Below, piece after piece: positions 49,492-59,891 of a stretch of DNA of 64,000 bases. This stretch comes from a virus. Its lineage: Duplodnaviria > Caudoviricetes. The stretch spans positions 8,569 through 72,568 of IMG/VR virus record IMGVR_UViG_3300046524_000301. One strand, given 5' to 3'. The notes under the pieces are model-generated. The model saw only the letters and a program-made list of their open reading frames with translations. It did not search any database and had not been told where the DNA came from. The translations under genes and the position numbers were made by a program. Positions within the stretch are counted from its first letter, which is position 1. Each line of letters begins with the position of its first letter.

Positions 49492-49938
49492 ATGTCAAAA
49501 GTCGTATTCAAGAATTTTTACCTCGTTAACAAACTGGCTACCGGTCTGGTTCTGAAAGCGGGTTATATTTCAATCAAGGTTGGCGGCTACGCCAAAATCA
49601 TGGAATCGGATCTGGAACATCCAGATGTGATCGACGCAGTTAACAAGGAATGGGCTGAAGTCCATTCGTCGGAACCGGACGTAAGCTCGTTGCCTAAAGC
49701 CCCGACTCCGATTATCGAAGTGGACTCGTATCGCGGTATGACTGCCGATGAATTAAAAGAGTCAACTGACGCTCCGAAAGAGAGCACTTCACGTACGGAA
49801 TCAATTGGCCGTAACGCAGAAGTAGAAAAGTCAGGCGAAGCAGTTTCGGTAGCAATCGGTAAGACTGCAGAAGAAGCAAATGGCGTAGCAAAGAAGGGCC
49901 GCAAGGCGGCAGATAAGGCAGCAGACGCTGCGGAGTAA
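49492..49938 (+). CDS. hypothetical late protein
   Basis: AAGGA RBS; disordered C-terminus. Confidence 0.6.
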   Translation: MSKVVFKNFYLVNKLATGLVLKAGYISIKVGGYAKIMESDLEHPDVIDAVNKEWAEVHSSEPDVSSLPKAPTPIIEVDSYRGMTADELKESTDAPKESTSRTESIGRNAEVEKSGEAVSVAIGKTAEEANGVAKKGRKAADKAADAAE

Positions 49939-49942
49939 TTAA

Positions 49943-50392
49943 ATGTCGGTATCCATGCCTCAAGTTCTCACCGCTCAAGAAGTGAGAGAATATACGTCAG
50001 ACTATGCTGACAACAATTACCTTATTGAAGGTGAGGAAATGACGGATACCTTCATAGAATTATGCATGACCTTTGCAGCTGATTCGTTTAACTCTATTCC
50101 GCCTATGGGTAATATGGGCGTGCAAAATTTCCCTTCAAAGGCTGTACTTCTGTGGGGTACACTTTGGCACGCGTATAATGGTAAGGCTCTCTTGCTAGCT
50201 AGAAACACTATGGAGTATAGTGATGGAGGTCTCCAGATCCCTATTGAAGAACGTACCCAGTTGTATCAAAGCCTGGCGGCTAACTTTCAGCAACAGTTTA
50301 TGGAAGCGGCTACGAAGCTGAAGATTAATCTGAACATGGAATCTGGTTGGGGTCACGTATCCTCGGATCTGGCTATTATGCCAATTTGGTAA
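49943..50392 (+). CDS. head-tail adaptor/neck protein
   Basis: Size, position, YSDGG motif. Confidence 0.55.
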   Translation: MSVSMPQVLTAQEVREYTSDYADNNYLIEGEEMTDTFIELCMTFAADSFNSIPPMGNMGVQNFPSKAVLLWGTLWHAYNGKALLLARNTMEYSDGGLQIPIEERTQLYQSLAANFQQQFMEAATKLKINLNMESGWGHVSSDLAIMPIW

Positions 50393-50451
50393 AGTCTAAC
50401 GACTTCATAACGAGGCCTCCTTCGGGAGGCTTTTGCTTTTAAAATAACACC

Positions 50452-50724
50452 ATGAATAAGTATCTTGAAAAAATAGCCGAACTTTCTGATGACAGTGCAT
50501 TAGGAATCGTTATGGACCTGACTCACAAGCACTTCGATTCAAGCATGAAGCCCGATCACGCATTTTTTCCAAAAAACCGTCAAACCAAAGCTGCAACTAC
50601 TATCGCTGCGCAGAGATTGGTAGCGGCTATAGGAAGCAGATTTGGAAAAATCAAACCTGGCGATCATCACAAACTTACAACTCCTCGTAAAGTAGCCGAG
50701 TACTTTAAGAACGACACTCCTTAA
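50452..50724 (+). CDS. NKYLEKIA-tagged small protein
   Basis: Tag; own late motif at 50440. Confidence 0.65.
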   Translation: MNKYLEKIAELSDDSALGIVMDLTHKHFDSSMKPDHAFFPKNRQTKAATTIAAQRLVAAIGSRFGKIKPGDHHKLTTPRKVAEYFKNDTP

Positions 50725-50726
50725 AT

Positions 50727-51614
50727 ATGGCATTCAACTTCTCAGTCACCCCGGGGTTCCTCATTCAGACCCGCCAATTGCCCCTAGAAACGGCTAGGAG
50801 AGCTTCGGCTATCCATGTCAAGGTGTACCCCCAATGGTTTAAACAGGTGACCGTGGAGTGGTCGGTACCGGCTTCCTTTGGCAATTGCATATTCGACGTT
50901 TATTTCTCTCCTGTCCAGGATACGGGTTTCGTAAAACTTAACTCTACACCTCTGACTGGAACAACGTTTGCTGATACCACAACATCTGAGTACAGTAAAT
51001 ATAATCGTGGATATTACGTTGTAGAAGCTATCCTTCAGGATAAAAATAATGTTGCTCTCAGATCTGATCCTGTCACATGGAACACATATCAGCGAGATTG
51101 GGTCACTTTGCGGGCTATCGAAATCCAACGCAGGGAATACTGGCTCCTTAGTCGTTTTGCAGGTATCAGCTCTTACCTATTCCGCAAAAAGACTTATGGA
51201 ATGCGTTGCACTCGCTGCTGGAATCCTACTACTGAACAGGTAACTGACGATCACTGCAGTGTATGCCTAGGTACGAGTTTTCAAGGTGGATTTTTTGATC
51301 CCGTACGGCTATATCTACAGTACGATCCTACGCCGAATCAAGAGGTTAAGAACTATATCGGCCACGACGAAGAAAATACAATCGGAGCATGGACCATATC
51401 GATGCCTGATGTACGCTTAGGAGATGTATTAGTCAGAACGGGAAGCTGGGATATTTACGAAGTCTCTAACATAAAAACAACTGAACTCCAAGGTAACGTG
51501 GTAAGGCAAATGCTGACACTTATACAATTAAGCCGTGGGGACGTCGAATACCAACTTGTAACCCGTAACCTACCAGACTTCCCAACGCAATATTTGGAGC
51601 CTTACCCAGCATGA
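50727..51614 (+). CDS. neck/head-closure protein with Zn ribbon
   Basis: N-terminal Fn3-like domain; CTRC...CSVCLGT; position. Confidence 0.55.
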   Translation: MAFNFSVTPGFLIQTRQLPLETARRASAIHVKVYPQWFKQVTVEWSVPASFGNCIFDVYFSPVQDTGFVKLNSTPLTGTTFADTTTSEYSKYNRGYYVVEAILQDKNNVALRSDPVTWNTYQRDWVTLRAIEIQRREYWLLSRFAGISSYLFRKKTYGMRCTRCWNPTTEQVTDDHCSVCLGTSFQGGFFDPVRLYLQYDPTPNQEVKNYIGHDEENTIGAWTISMPDVRLGDVLVRTGSWDIYEVSNIKTTELQGNVVRQMLTLIQLSRGDVEYQLVTRNLPDFPTQYLEPYPA

Positions 51615-52216
51615 GCCAATTTTTTAGTCCCGTAGATCTAAGCTCTTTAATCCTCGGTCCTCTTCGTTATTTTTTTAGTACTTATACAGATCCTAGTCAT
51701 TTCCACTGGGATCCAGACGAAAAGAAACGCTCGGTAGAGCTGGACTATTCTAATAATATGCACAAGATTCCTTTCAATGAGCGTCCTCGGATTCTCGTTG
51801 ATAGAGGCTCTTACTCAGTAAATAAGTTTTCACTTACGGACAATATGTCGTCTGGCAAAACAATGTCTGAAACATTTGGTTTGAAAGATATCAAAAACTT
51901 CGTTATCTACTCAGGCCAGGCGTCTATAATCATAGAAGCGGCCCAGCAAGGCAGCTGTGAAATTTTGACGGACATGGTTCAACACTTTTTGCTTTGGTCA
52001 CGTCCGTATCTATGCGAAACACAAGGCTTTAAAGACTTCGCTTCTCCTCTATCGGTAAGTTCATGTGAATATGACGGATCTGAAACCAACGGTAAATTCA
52101 GGGTTTCTATTTCTGTACCCTACATGAAAGAAGAGGAATGGCAGGTTAAGAATGACAGTATCAAGATCAAGAGCTTCGTTATTAACATGCAAGCCGACGG
52201 CGTTAATTTAAGCTAA
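51611..52216 (+). CDS. tail completion/terminator-like protein
   Basis: Position directly before the sheath. Confidence 0.5.
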   Translation: MSQFFSPVDLSSLILGPLRYFFSTYTDPSHFHWDPDEKKRSVELDYSNNMHKIPFNERPRILVDRGSYSVNKFSLTDNMSSGKTMSETFGLKDIKNFVIYSGQASIIIEAAQQGSCEILTDMVQHFLLWSRPYLCETQGFKDFASPLSVSSCEYDGSETNGKFRVSISVPYMKEEEWQVKNDSIKIKSFVINMQADGVNLS

Positions 52217-52293
52217 AATACCAGCATAATGTGTCAAGATTCTCGCCTGTAGCCATGTGGCTGCAGGTAACAAAATCCTTTTAGGAAACAAAT

Positions 52294-54930
52294 ATGTCAT
52301 ATGTAATTCCATCAGTACTCGTTTATCAACAACTCCAAAGTTCCGGCGGTGTTGCTAACGTTACGCCTGATCTGGAAGTATGCCTTATTGGACCTGCTTA
52401 TAACGTAGTTAGCTACGTCGCTGGTTCGACGGCATCCCTTATTCAAACTGCAGCCGTCCCTGCATTGAATGCAATTGGTAGCATGACGCTTGGTTCTGCA
52501 GTGGTTACTTTTACCACTCCGGTTCCTTTCGCTATTGGCGACGTTCTACTTATCCCAGGGGCTTCCACGACAGGTAGTACTCTTAGCGCAACTGTCCTTT
52601 CTGTGTCTGGCTTCACAGCTACGACAGACACTGCTGCAGGCACTACTGTAAGCAATGTTACTGTTACGAAAACTGCTGTTATCAGCAACTCCGGTGTAGT
52701 TAACGCCTTTGGTATTCCTGGTTCACTGCCAGGCCAAGTTGTGGATCCGACTTCTGTACAAGTCTACCTGAACAACGCAAAAATCGAAACGCTGGTTAGC
52801 GGCTTCCTGGGTTATTCTGGTTCTAACGAACTGGATATTTCAGCTCCTGTAGGTACGGGTACGACTACGGTTGGCTCGGCTTCAGTTACGGCTGTTACCA
52901 ATGCTACGCGTTTCGTTATCGGCGATGTCATCGCCATTGCTGGCGCAGGCGCTAGCGGTGCTGCACTGACAGCTACGATCTCGAACATCTCGGGAACGAC
53001 GTTCACGATTTCGGCTCAAGCTGGTACGGCTGTTACGTCAGGTGCTATCACGAAAGCAACAGTTTCAAACGTTAACCAAACGACTTCGACTCTTCTGGTT
53101 GAACCAGGCGATGCAATCGAAATCGACTACACGAATACTGCTTCTGTAGCAAAAACGTTTAATACGACTGTTACTGCAGTTGTGAACCCGACTTCAACTC
53201 TCATTACGCTGAACACGACTGACGTGCTTCCGGCTGATCTGAGTGTTCAAACGACTGTTCCAGGTACGCTGACTCAAGGTGCTACTTCGGTTACCGTTGC
53301 TTCTGCAACTGGCATTATCGTCGGTGACACGATCCTTATTCGTGGCGCTGGTGCAAACAATGCTGACCTCGTAGCTACAGTGAGCGCTGTATCAACGAAC
53401 ACCCTGACGATTTCTCCTGCTGTCGGCACTGCCGTAAACGCTGGGGCTGTTGTAATTAAAAAGGCTCTGTTCACGGTTAAGACTCGCAAGGTTTACAATA
53501 ATCAGCTTCTTCCGCAAACGAATCCTAGCACGAGCACTTCTAACTATGATGCTTCGAATGCGCCTACGACTGGCCAGATTTCGATTGAACCTAATCCGTT
53601 CATCATCTACGGTCGTGTTGTGAGTGGTGAAGTTCACTTCGCATATCGTGCTCTTCGTACGGATCTGTCAGGTACTATCCAAGTTCTGACGACGACTGGT
53701 GACATCACAGGTATCCTTGGTGATACTTCTGATATGAATCCACTGGGTCTGGCTTCGGTTATTTGTATGGCTAACACGACGACGCAAATCAACGTTATCG
53801 CCGTGCCGAGCAATGATCTGATTGGTTATGAAACTGCGTTGGAACTGGCCGAAGGTCATCGTCTGTACGCACTTGTGCCGCTGACGCAAGAAACTGACAT
53901 TCTGTCTGCATTCCAAGCTCACGTTGACCAACTGTCGACTCCGCAAATGGCTGGATGGCGTGTAGCCCTGGTTAATACTGCAATCCCGACGACTCAGAAC
54001 ATCGGTCCTTACTCGTCAGGTTTCGTGAACGCAAACGGTGGCAACAACACGATTACTGTTATTAATGGTAACTACGTGCTGACTGCATCGAATGCTACGT
54101 TCATGTCGGATGGCGTTGTTCCAGGTGACTCGGTTGTTGTTACGGCTGCTACTGGTAACCCGACGCAAGTTGGTTCGCTGCAAGTTCAGCAAGTGCTGAG
54201 CAATCAGCAAGTTGTTGTATCTGCTACTGGTACTGCTACTGCTGTTAGCTACTACGTTGCTCGTACGTTGACGAAGGCTCAAAAAGCTGCTGCTGTGGCT
54301 GGTGCTAGCACGACGTTCACCGACAAGCGTATTACTCACGTTCAACCGGATACCGTTGGTATTACTGTGAATGGCGTGGTTAAGTATCTGCCTGGCTACT
54401 ACCTGTGCGCTGCACTTGGCGGTATGGTTGCTGGATTCCCGGTACAACAAGGCTTTACTAACGTTGGTGTGGCCGGTATTGCGGATCTGAAGTTTAGTAA
54501 CTTCTACTTCACGCGTGCTCAAATGAACACGATGGCTGCTGCTGGTACGTTCTTGTTTGTTCAAGAAACGCAAGGTTCTATTCCTTTCGTTCGCCATGAA
54601 CTTACTACTGATATGTCGGTACTTGAGTATCGTGAACTACTAGTTGTGAAGAACTGGGATTGGTTGTCGTATGCATACCATGACGTTCTTGGTAGCTTTA
54701 TCGGCAAGTGGAACATTACGCCGGATAGCCTGAACACTCTTCGTCAAACGATCATCTCGGCTTCTCAGCTGTACATGGGTCAAAAACTGCCGAAGATTGG
54801 CGCACCGCTTCTGGGTTACAAGATTGCGAGCCTTGCTCAAGATCCTAACAACAAGGATAGCGTGATTATCAATCTGAATATCTCGGTCGTTTATCCTATG
54901 AATTACATCAACCTGTATCTGATTATCTAA
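52294..54930 (+). CDS. contractile tail sheath protein with inserted repeats
   Basis: N-terminal YVIPSVLVYQ; C-terminal sheath core (FIGKWNI, VVYPMNYI). Confidence 0.85.
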   Translation: MSYVIPSVLVYQQLQSSGGVANVTPDLEVCLIGPAYNVVSYVAGSTASLIQTAAVPALNAIGSMTLGSAVVTFTTPVPFAIGDVLLIPGASTTGSTLSATVLSVSGFTATTDTAAGTTVSNVTVTKTAVISNSGVVNAFGIPGSLPGQVVDPTSVQVYLNNAKIETLVSGFLGYSGSNELDISAPVGTGTTTVGSASVTAVTNATRFVIGDVIAIAGAGASGAALTATISNISGTTFTISAQAGTAVTSGAITKATVSNVNQTTSTLLVEPGDAIEIDYTNTASVAKTFNTTVTAVVNPTSTLITLNTTDVLPADLSVQTTVPGTLTQGATSVTVASATGIIVGDTILIRGAGANNADLVATVSAVSTNTLTISPAVGTAVNAGAVVIKKALFTVKTRKVYNNQLLPQTNPSTSTSNYDASNAPTTGQISIEPNPFIIYGRVVSGEVHFAYRALRTDLSGTIQVLTTTGDITGILGDTSDMNPLGLASVICMANTTTQINVIAVPSNDLIGYETALELAEGHRLYALVPLTQETDILSAFQAHVDQLSTPQMAGWRVALVNTAIPTTQNIGPYSSGFVNANGGNNTITVINGNYVLTASNATFMSDGVVPGDSVVVTAATGNPTQVGSLQVQQVLSNQQVVVSATGTATAVSYYVARTLTKAQKAAAVAGASTTFTDKRITHVQPDTVGITVNGVVKYLPGYYLCAALGGMVAGFPVQQGFTNVGVAGIADLKFSNFYFTRAQMNTMAAAGTFLFVQETQGSIPFVRHELTTDMSVLEYRELLVVKNWDWLSYAYHDVLGSFIGKWNITPDSLNTLRQTIISASQLYMGQKLPKIGAPLLGYKIASLAQDPNNKDSVIINLNISVVYPMNYINLYLII

Positions 54931-55062
54931 TCAACTCACAGCTAAAAAAGAGCCCAGAGAAATCTGGGCTTTTTTATTTCTAAATACAATTAAAATACAA
55001 CCGTAGAGTACAGTGTCGTTCGGCTACCTGTACCAAGAATTCACATATTAAGGATTATTAAC

Positions 55063-55740
55063 ATGGCAGCAGATCCGACAAACGATCGTCTAACAACCGT
55101 CCAAGAAGCCGGATTCGGCCTAGGATGGGACTGGAAAAATGAGTACATGAGCAAGCTCAACCAAGACGGTTACGAGCGTTTCTCACAATTCTCAGCATCT
55201 CCAGACACAACCGCCCTGTTCGCAGGACCGGCACGTTTTACCGGCCTTTCAGGTGGTGTGGGCGACCTCATCCCTATCGGTCTTACAGATAACATTCAAA
55301 TGAGCGCAGACGCTGGTCTTGCACGTTTATTTGAAATCGGTTCAAACCGTTCGTTCTTCACGCGCGGCAAAACCCAACACGCAATTTCACTTTCAAAGTT
55401 CCTGGCTGACCAGGGCAACGTTCTGTTTGCGCTTTCGCAACAAGCTTATCGTCCTGCAATGGACAATGGCGGGTTTAGTTCGGCTGGTGCTGATTCTCCG
55501 AATACTTACATCCAGATGAACCTTGACTCGGAAACATTCGCAGTTCCGTTTGGTCTTCTGATGGTGTTCAAGACTCGTGGCGGTGGTTCAGATGGTTTTG
55601 GTCAGGCTCTAGCTGGTCTGTACCTTGAATACTGTATGTTCCAGAACTACAGTTTTGCAGTGGCAAGCGCACAGCCAGTCATTGCTGAAAACGTCTCGAT
55701 TCAGTTCGATCGACCAGTTCCAGTAAGCTTCAACAGCTAA
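55063..55740 (+). CDS. tail tube protein
   Basis: Follows the sheath; RLFEIGS, LEYC, ENVSIQFD. Confidence 0.75.
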   Translation: MAADPTNDRLTTVQEAGFGLGWDWKNEYMSKLNQDGYERFSQFSASPDTTALFAGPARFTGLSGGVGDLIPIGLTDNIQMSADAGLARLFEIGSNRSFFTRGKTQHAISLSKFLADQGNVLFALSQQAYRPAMDNGGFSSAGADSPNTYIQMNLDSETFAVPFGLLMVFKTRGGGSDGFGQALAGLYLEYCMFQNYSFAVASAQPVIAENVSIQFDRPVPVSFNS

Positions 55741-55770
55741 AAAAAAGCCCGGTTCAAACTGGGCTTTTTT
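55737..55770. terminator. bidirectional intrinsic terminator (representative)
   Basis: A-tract, AGCCCGGTT/AACTGGGCT stem, T-tract; similar elements near 54943-54975 and 61069-61097. Confidence 0.75.
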
Positions 55771-55786
55771 CTTTTCTGCGAAGTCT

Positions 55787-56146
55787 TTACGCCCACAGGT
55801 ATTTCACCTTGTTCCACAGACAGATGTACATGTACGTAGCTGCGGCCATGAAGACAATCCACGCCAGCACGGTGACTTGAGCCTTAAGACCCATACAGAT
55901 GAGCAGAATCATTACCACGAAGTTCATCGACAGGAAGAACCAGGGCTGAACGAAGATAGGCCCGTTGTGAATAATCTGCCTTGATACCTCCAGAACATCG
56001 GGGTTACTGTAGGCTTCCTTCTGGAAAGCCGCAAGTTCAGGATATTTGTGGGCCAGGAATTTCTGGGTCACAAAATGCAAAAACATGATAACGAGATAGC
56101 CGTAAAAGCCGATTTCGCAAAAGAGTTTCATGGTCGTAGTCCTCAA
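55787..56146 (-). CDS. membrane protein (3 TM)
   Basis: Hydrophobic segments; promoter 56183. Confidence 0.65.
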   Translation of the reverse strand: MRTTTMKLFCEIGFYGYLVIMFLHFVTQKFLAHKYPELAAFQKEAYSNPDVLEVSRQIIHNGPIFVQPWFFLSMNFVVMILLICMGLKAQVTVLAWIVFMAAATYMYICLWNKVKYLWA

Positions 56147-56246
56147 AGATAGTTATGAAAAGAGGTATATTCCTCTACCATACTTATACCAGTCTAGACC
56201 TCAGGAATTTAAAAATAGCCCGATACTTTGGGCTATTTCAATATCT

Positions 56247-56591
56247 CTACTGAACGGTCATTGCAACCCTTCTTTTAACCGTCGGACGATGTTTTAGAAC
56301 TTCAATAGTACTATGGGTGAGTAATGTATCCATGTACCTCTTGACCTGTTCTAATGCATCTATTCGAGGTTTTGAATAACGTGCTCCGGCGATTTGCGCC
56401 ATCTGCATATCGATAGCGTACTTTGCGGCGTGGACGAGATTCTCAATGGAATGCTCAGGTCTTTCTCCGAACGCCTGCAAAGGTTTCCCTTCTTCCTGCA
56501 ACAACTGAAGAGTAACCCCAGGTATCTCAAACGAGATTAATTTGGCTCGGCCATCAGTACTCACCCTTACTTTTACATATGGAGCCAACAT
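56247..56591 (-). CDS. hypothetical early protein
   Basis: Promoter 56638; AAGGAGG RBS. Confidence 0.65.
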   Translation of the reverse strand: MLAPYVKVRVSTDGRAKLISFEIPGVTLQLLQEEGKPLQAFGERPEHSIENLVHAAKYAIDMQMAQIAGARYSKPRIDALEQVKRYMDTLLTHSTIEVLKHRPTVKRRVAMTVQ

Positions 56592-56693
56592 CGTGTTCCC
56601 TCCTTATAACAAGTAAACTACTGGTGTTACTATATACCTTATACCAAAATTAGGCAGTCTAAAAAAAGCCCGTCGTACTGACCGGGCATTTCT

Positions 56694-56939
56694 TTAGCCG
56701 ACGAAGTGTCGACGTTGGTATTCTGCTTTCCATTTCTGGAAAACATCTTCACGATGCTCTACCGCGTGATTGATGCCTCGAATACACCACACTGCGATCG
56801 ATACGTAAGCCGCTCGAATAGCAGCGTGAATGTACAGGTGTTCCAGGAAAGCCACGAGTCCCGTGTACAGATAGAACATCGTATAGACTATTAAGAGAAT
56901 CATAGCCCAGCGTTCACGGTTATTCATTGTAAACCCCAT
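56694..56939 (-). CDS. small membrane protein
   Basis: Two TM segments. Confidence 0.55.
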   Translation of the reverse strand: MGFTMNNRERWAMILLIVYTMFYLYTGLVAFLEHLYIHAAIRAAYVSIAVWCIRGINHAVEHREDVFQKWKAEYQRRHFVG

Positions 56940-56995
56940 GTTAGTGTGTTAAAATTCGAGTACATTCTTCAAAGAACTATAACAACTTCCGCTTC

Positions 56996-57223
56996 TCAGT
57001 TGTTTCGCTCCTTTCTGCTGAGAATTCGTCCCGGTGCAATGCCGGGATTTTCTTTTTCAAGAGCTTCCAATTTAACGATGTCCGAGTAGGCTCCCATCAA
57101 ACCTTCCCCTCGATACAGCTTCCCGAACATCAGTTCAACCAATTCGTCTCGACTGAACGTGAAGACTGACTTCATCGGGGACATCATCAATTCTTTTACG
57201 ATTTCATCACAGAGTCTGGACAT
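56996..57223 (-). CDS. hypothetical protein
   Basis: Coupled ORF. Confidence 0.55.
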   Translation of the reverse strand: MSRLCDEIVKELMMSPMKSVFTFSRDELVELMFGKLYRGEGLMGAYSDIVKLEALEKENPGIAPGRILSRKERNN

Positions 57224-57670
57224 TTACTCACCTTTTGTTGATTCAGCAAGTTTCTTTACCTTGCGTTCCGCCAGATCAATTTTCCCTTCTTCGCTGTGTG
57301 CGTAAGTCCATTGTCTAGACCGCACCTCCAACTCCCTCAGATAATCAATGGCTTTACCATAGCCATATGCATGAATACCCGTCTCCCATTTCGTGACGTC
57401 ATCCTGAGTAAGTCCACGTTCCCAAAATTCGAAATCGTCATAACTGAATGTCGATCTAAGACGCATTTTAGTGTCTGACCAATCGATGTTAATAACCCGT
57501 TTGCGCCAGCCGATCTTGACTATGCCGAAATCAGTTGCGACAAGCCACCACGGATCACTTTTGATCTCCTCGACATACGCTTTGGGCCAGTACTCATTCT
57601 CTGTTTGGATAAGGGCTTTATACTCCACATTCGCCAGCAGGAAAATCGCCTTAACTTGGTCTTCGGTCAT
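57224..57670 (-). CDS. hypothetical protein
   Basis: Start reassigned to MTEDQ; PWW...KIGWRKRVI motif. Confidence 0.6.
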   Translation of the reverse strand: MTEDQVKAIFLLANVEYKALIQTENEYWPKAYVEEIKSDPWWLVATDFGIVKIGWRKRVINIDWSDTKMRLRSTFSYDDFEFWERGLTQDDVTKWETGIHAYGYGKAIDYLRELEVRSRQWTYAHSEEGKIDLAERKVKKLAESTKGE

Positions 57671-57738
57671 TCTTTTTCTCTTTATCGGATTTTGGTTGAG
57701 GTAACTGTTCTCTAAGCAACTTACGGATACGCTTCTTT

Positions 57739-57951
57739 TCACGCGTCCGTTTTGGTTTCGGCTCCGGGTTTGACATTCACTTCCTGTGCATAAATCAGGG
57801 TTCCAAGAGGCCACGCATGGGGATTTCGATTGAACCAATTAACGCCGTTCTCTCTGACTTCCCCTATTAACACGAGTTTCCCTTGCTCCAGGAGATCCCA
57901 ATCGAATTGGGTAACTCCACACTGATAGCAAAAGTTTTCTTCTTTCGCCAC
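57739..57951 (-). CDS. hypothetical protein
   Basis: GAGG RBS; CxxC. Confidence 0.5.
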   Translation of the reverse strand: MAKEENFCYQCGVTQFDWDLLEQGKLVLIGEVRENGVNWFNRNPHAWPLGTLIYAQEVNVKPGAETKTDA

Positions 57952-57963
57952 AATACACCTCGG

Positions 57964-58803
57964 TTATTTAAATTGGTCTTCAAATTCATTCCAGATGTCA
58001 ATCACTGAACGGTGATCCTTATCAACGGTAGTCAGATCATCAGTATTAATCAAAAACTTAGGATCAAAACCAGTAGTCATTTCACCATACGATTTATAAC
58101 CCATCGGGTTGCGAATTACCCGGGTATTCCCCAATCTGCGATCCATCTTCATATGGCTGTGGCCGTGGATCCAAACTTCTGGTGCCCACTCAGCTTCCAG
58201 GATATAATCCAGGTTGCTTTGATAGCCGCAGTTCGCAGTATCAAACTTGTAGAAATCATCGACAGCTTTAAAAGAAGGGCCGTGATGCGTAACAACAATC
58301 TTCTTTAAGTCTTTCCACTGCTCCAAGTGTAGACACTGACGAATATACTCAACAGTTTCTTCATGCTTGTCATTCGTGAAGTCGGTGGTGAGACCGGGAG
58401 ATCGAACGAAGTCACGCATGTAGTGTCTGATCATGTTTGCATTGATCGGATTCCGCAGATTCGTCCAAAGGGTTCCTCCGAAAATAACCACATCGTCGAT
58501 AACGACGTGATCGTTCTCAAGGACTTTCACATGAGAAAAGTGCTCAAGCTGTTTCTTGAACCAAGGGATGAATTCTTTGCAATTGACGTCGCCCCAATAT
58601 TCGTGATTACCAGCCACTATATAGAAGGGCTTTGAGGTCTGTCCTACGAAGTCTTTCAGCAGTTGGATTTCTGCATGTTCGCAGGTGTCCCCTGCAAGGA
58701 TGATAGCATCCGCCTTGGGGTTGATAGTGTTCTCCATCACCTGTTCAAGGTGCATCTCGTTGAGACAATCGAGGTGGAGGTCAGAAATAGGTTGTATGAT
58801 CAT
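57964..58803 (-). CDS. calcineurin-like metallophosphoesterase
   Basis: SDLH, AGD, GNHE, THH, HGHSH. Confidence 0.9.
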   Translation of the reverse strand: MIIQPISDLHLDCLNEMHLEQVMENTINPKADAIILAGDTCEHAEIQLLKDFVGQTSKPFYIVAGNHEYWGDVNCKEFIPWFKKQLEHFSHVKVLENDHVVIDDVVIFGGTLWTNLRNPINANMIRHYMRDFVRSPGLTTDFTNDKHEETVEYIRQCLHLEQWKDLKKIVVTHHGPSFKAVDDFYKFDTANCGYQSNLDYILEAEWAPEVWIHGHSHMKMDRRLGNTRVIRNPMGYKSYGEMTTGFDPKFLINTDDLTTVDKDHRSVIDIWNEFEDQFK

Positions 58804-58848
58804 AATAAAGTTCTCCTATAATACTTATACCAAACGAGGTTATAAATA

Positions 58849-59889
58849 ATGTTTAACAATCCGTCAAGAATTGATTCCAACTTTGACGAAGGCTTTGTCA
58901 CTGAAGTTGACGTGACCAGAGGTTTCTGCAAAGTAAAAACTGTTCGGGGCCAGAACTTGGATCAGGTCCAATGGGGCCAGCCATCCGGTGGTTCCAGCAG
59001 AGCTGGCGACCGTGTTACACCCGTAATGGGAGATCGTGTTGCTGTCATGTACGGCCTCGGATATCCGGTGATTATTCTATTCATGTCAAAGACTCAGACA
59101 GTAGATAGTGCATTTCCGAAGCATATCGATTCCGGAGATCCCGTCGCTGATACTGGCAACTTTAGTCCTGAAGGCATCAATGCAATTAATGACATTAACA
59201 AGCCTGGAGACATGGCAGTTGGCGACAGAATTCTAGGTTCAAGCGGCGGAGGCATGTTAGCTATCCTACGCGGTGGTTCTCTGCTTCTTCGCAGCTCACG
59301 TTTGGCTGAAATCTTCATCTCCAAATGGGACGACGTTGTTCGTATCGTTTCCAGAAACTTTGAACACTTCACCGATGTAAGCTCTGACATCATCAAGAAC
59401 ATCAAAGGTAGAGTGTACCGCTATACAGGCTATGCAGCAACTTCTTCCGCAGCGCAGATTGAAAATTACGGATATAACCTGTATTATGGAGATGTTGCAC
59501 TTGCACAAGCAGTAAAGACTAATTATCAAAGTGTCACATCTTTGCCATCTGCTTCATCTATCATATTCCGGGAAGAAGTCCCTGCCGGGTCTATGTCACG
59601 TACTGTAGATGGGGGTAGTGGGGCTGTCATTCAAATAGTGGGTCAAACAAAGGTGTACCAGGACGGGACAAAAGTCACAGTTGATTTTGGTGGAAATCAT
59701 ATTGCCACATGGGATGGATCCCAAATCACCCTCGACTACGAAGGGCAACAAACTGTTACACTCAACGCAAGTGTCATTGACCTAAAACATAGTAGTGGTG
59801 CTGAAGTAACTCTGGATAGTAATGGGGTAAATGCAACCTATAGCGGTCATTTTATGAAAGTCACATCAGGTGGCGTACAACTAGGATAA
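58849..59889 (+). CDS. baseplate spike (gpV/gp5-like)
   Basis: N-terminal OB-fold (GFVTEVD...P.MGDRV) and C-terminal beta-helix repeats. Confidence 0.7.
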   Translation: MFNNPSRIDSNFDEGFVTEVDVTRGFCKVKTVRGQNLDQVQWGQPSGGSSRAGDRVTPVMGDRVAVMYGLGYPVIILFMSKTQTVDSAFPKHIDSGDPVADTGNFSPEGINAINDINKPGDMAVGDRILGSSGGGMLAILRGGSLLLRSSRLAEIFISKWDDVVRIVSRNFEHFTDVSSDIIKNIKGRVYRYTGYAATSSAAQIENYGYNLYYGDVALAQAVKTNYQSVTSLPSASSIIFREEVPAGSMSRTVDGGSGAVIQIVGQTKVYQDGTKVTVDFGGNHIATWDGSQITLDYEGQQTVTLNASVIDLKHSSGAEVTLDSNGVNATYSGHFMKVTSGGVQLG

Positions 59890-59891
59890 TT

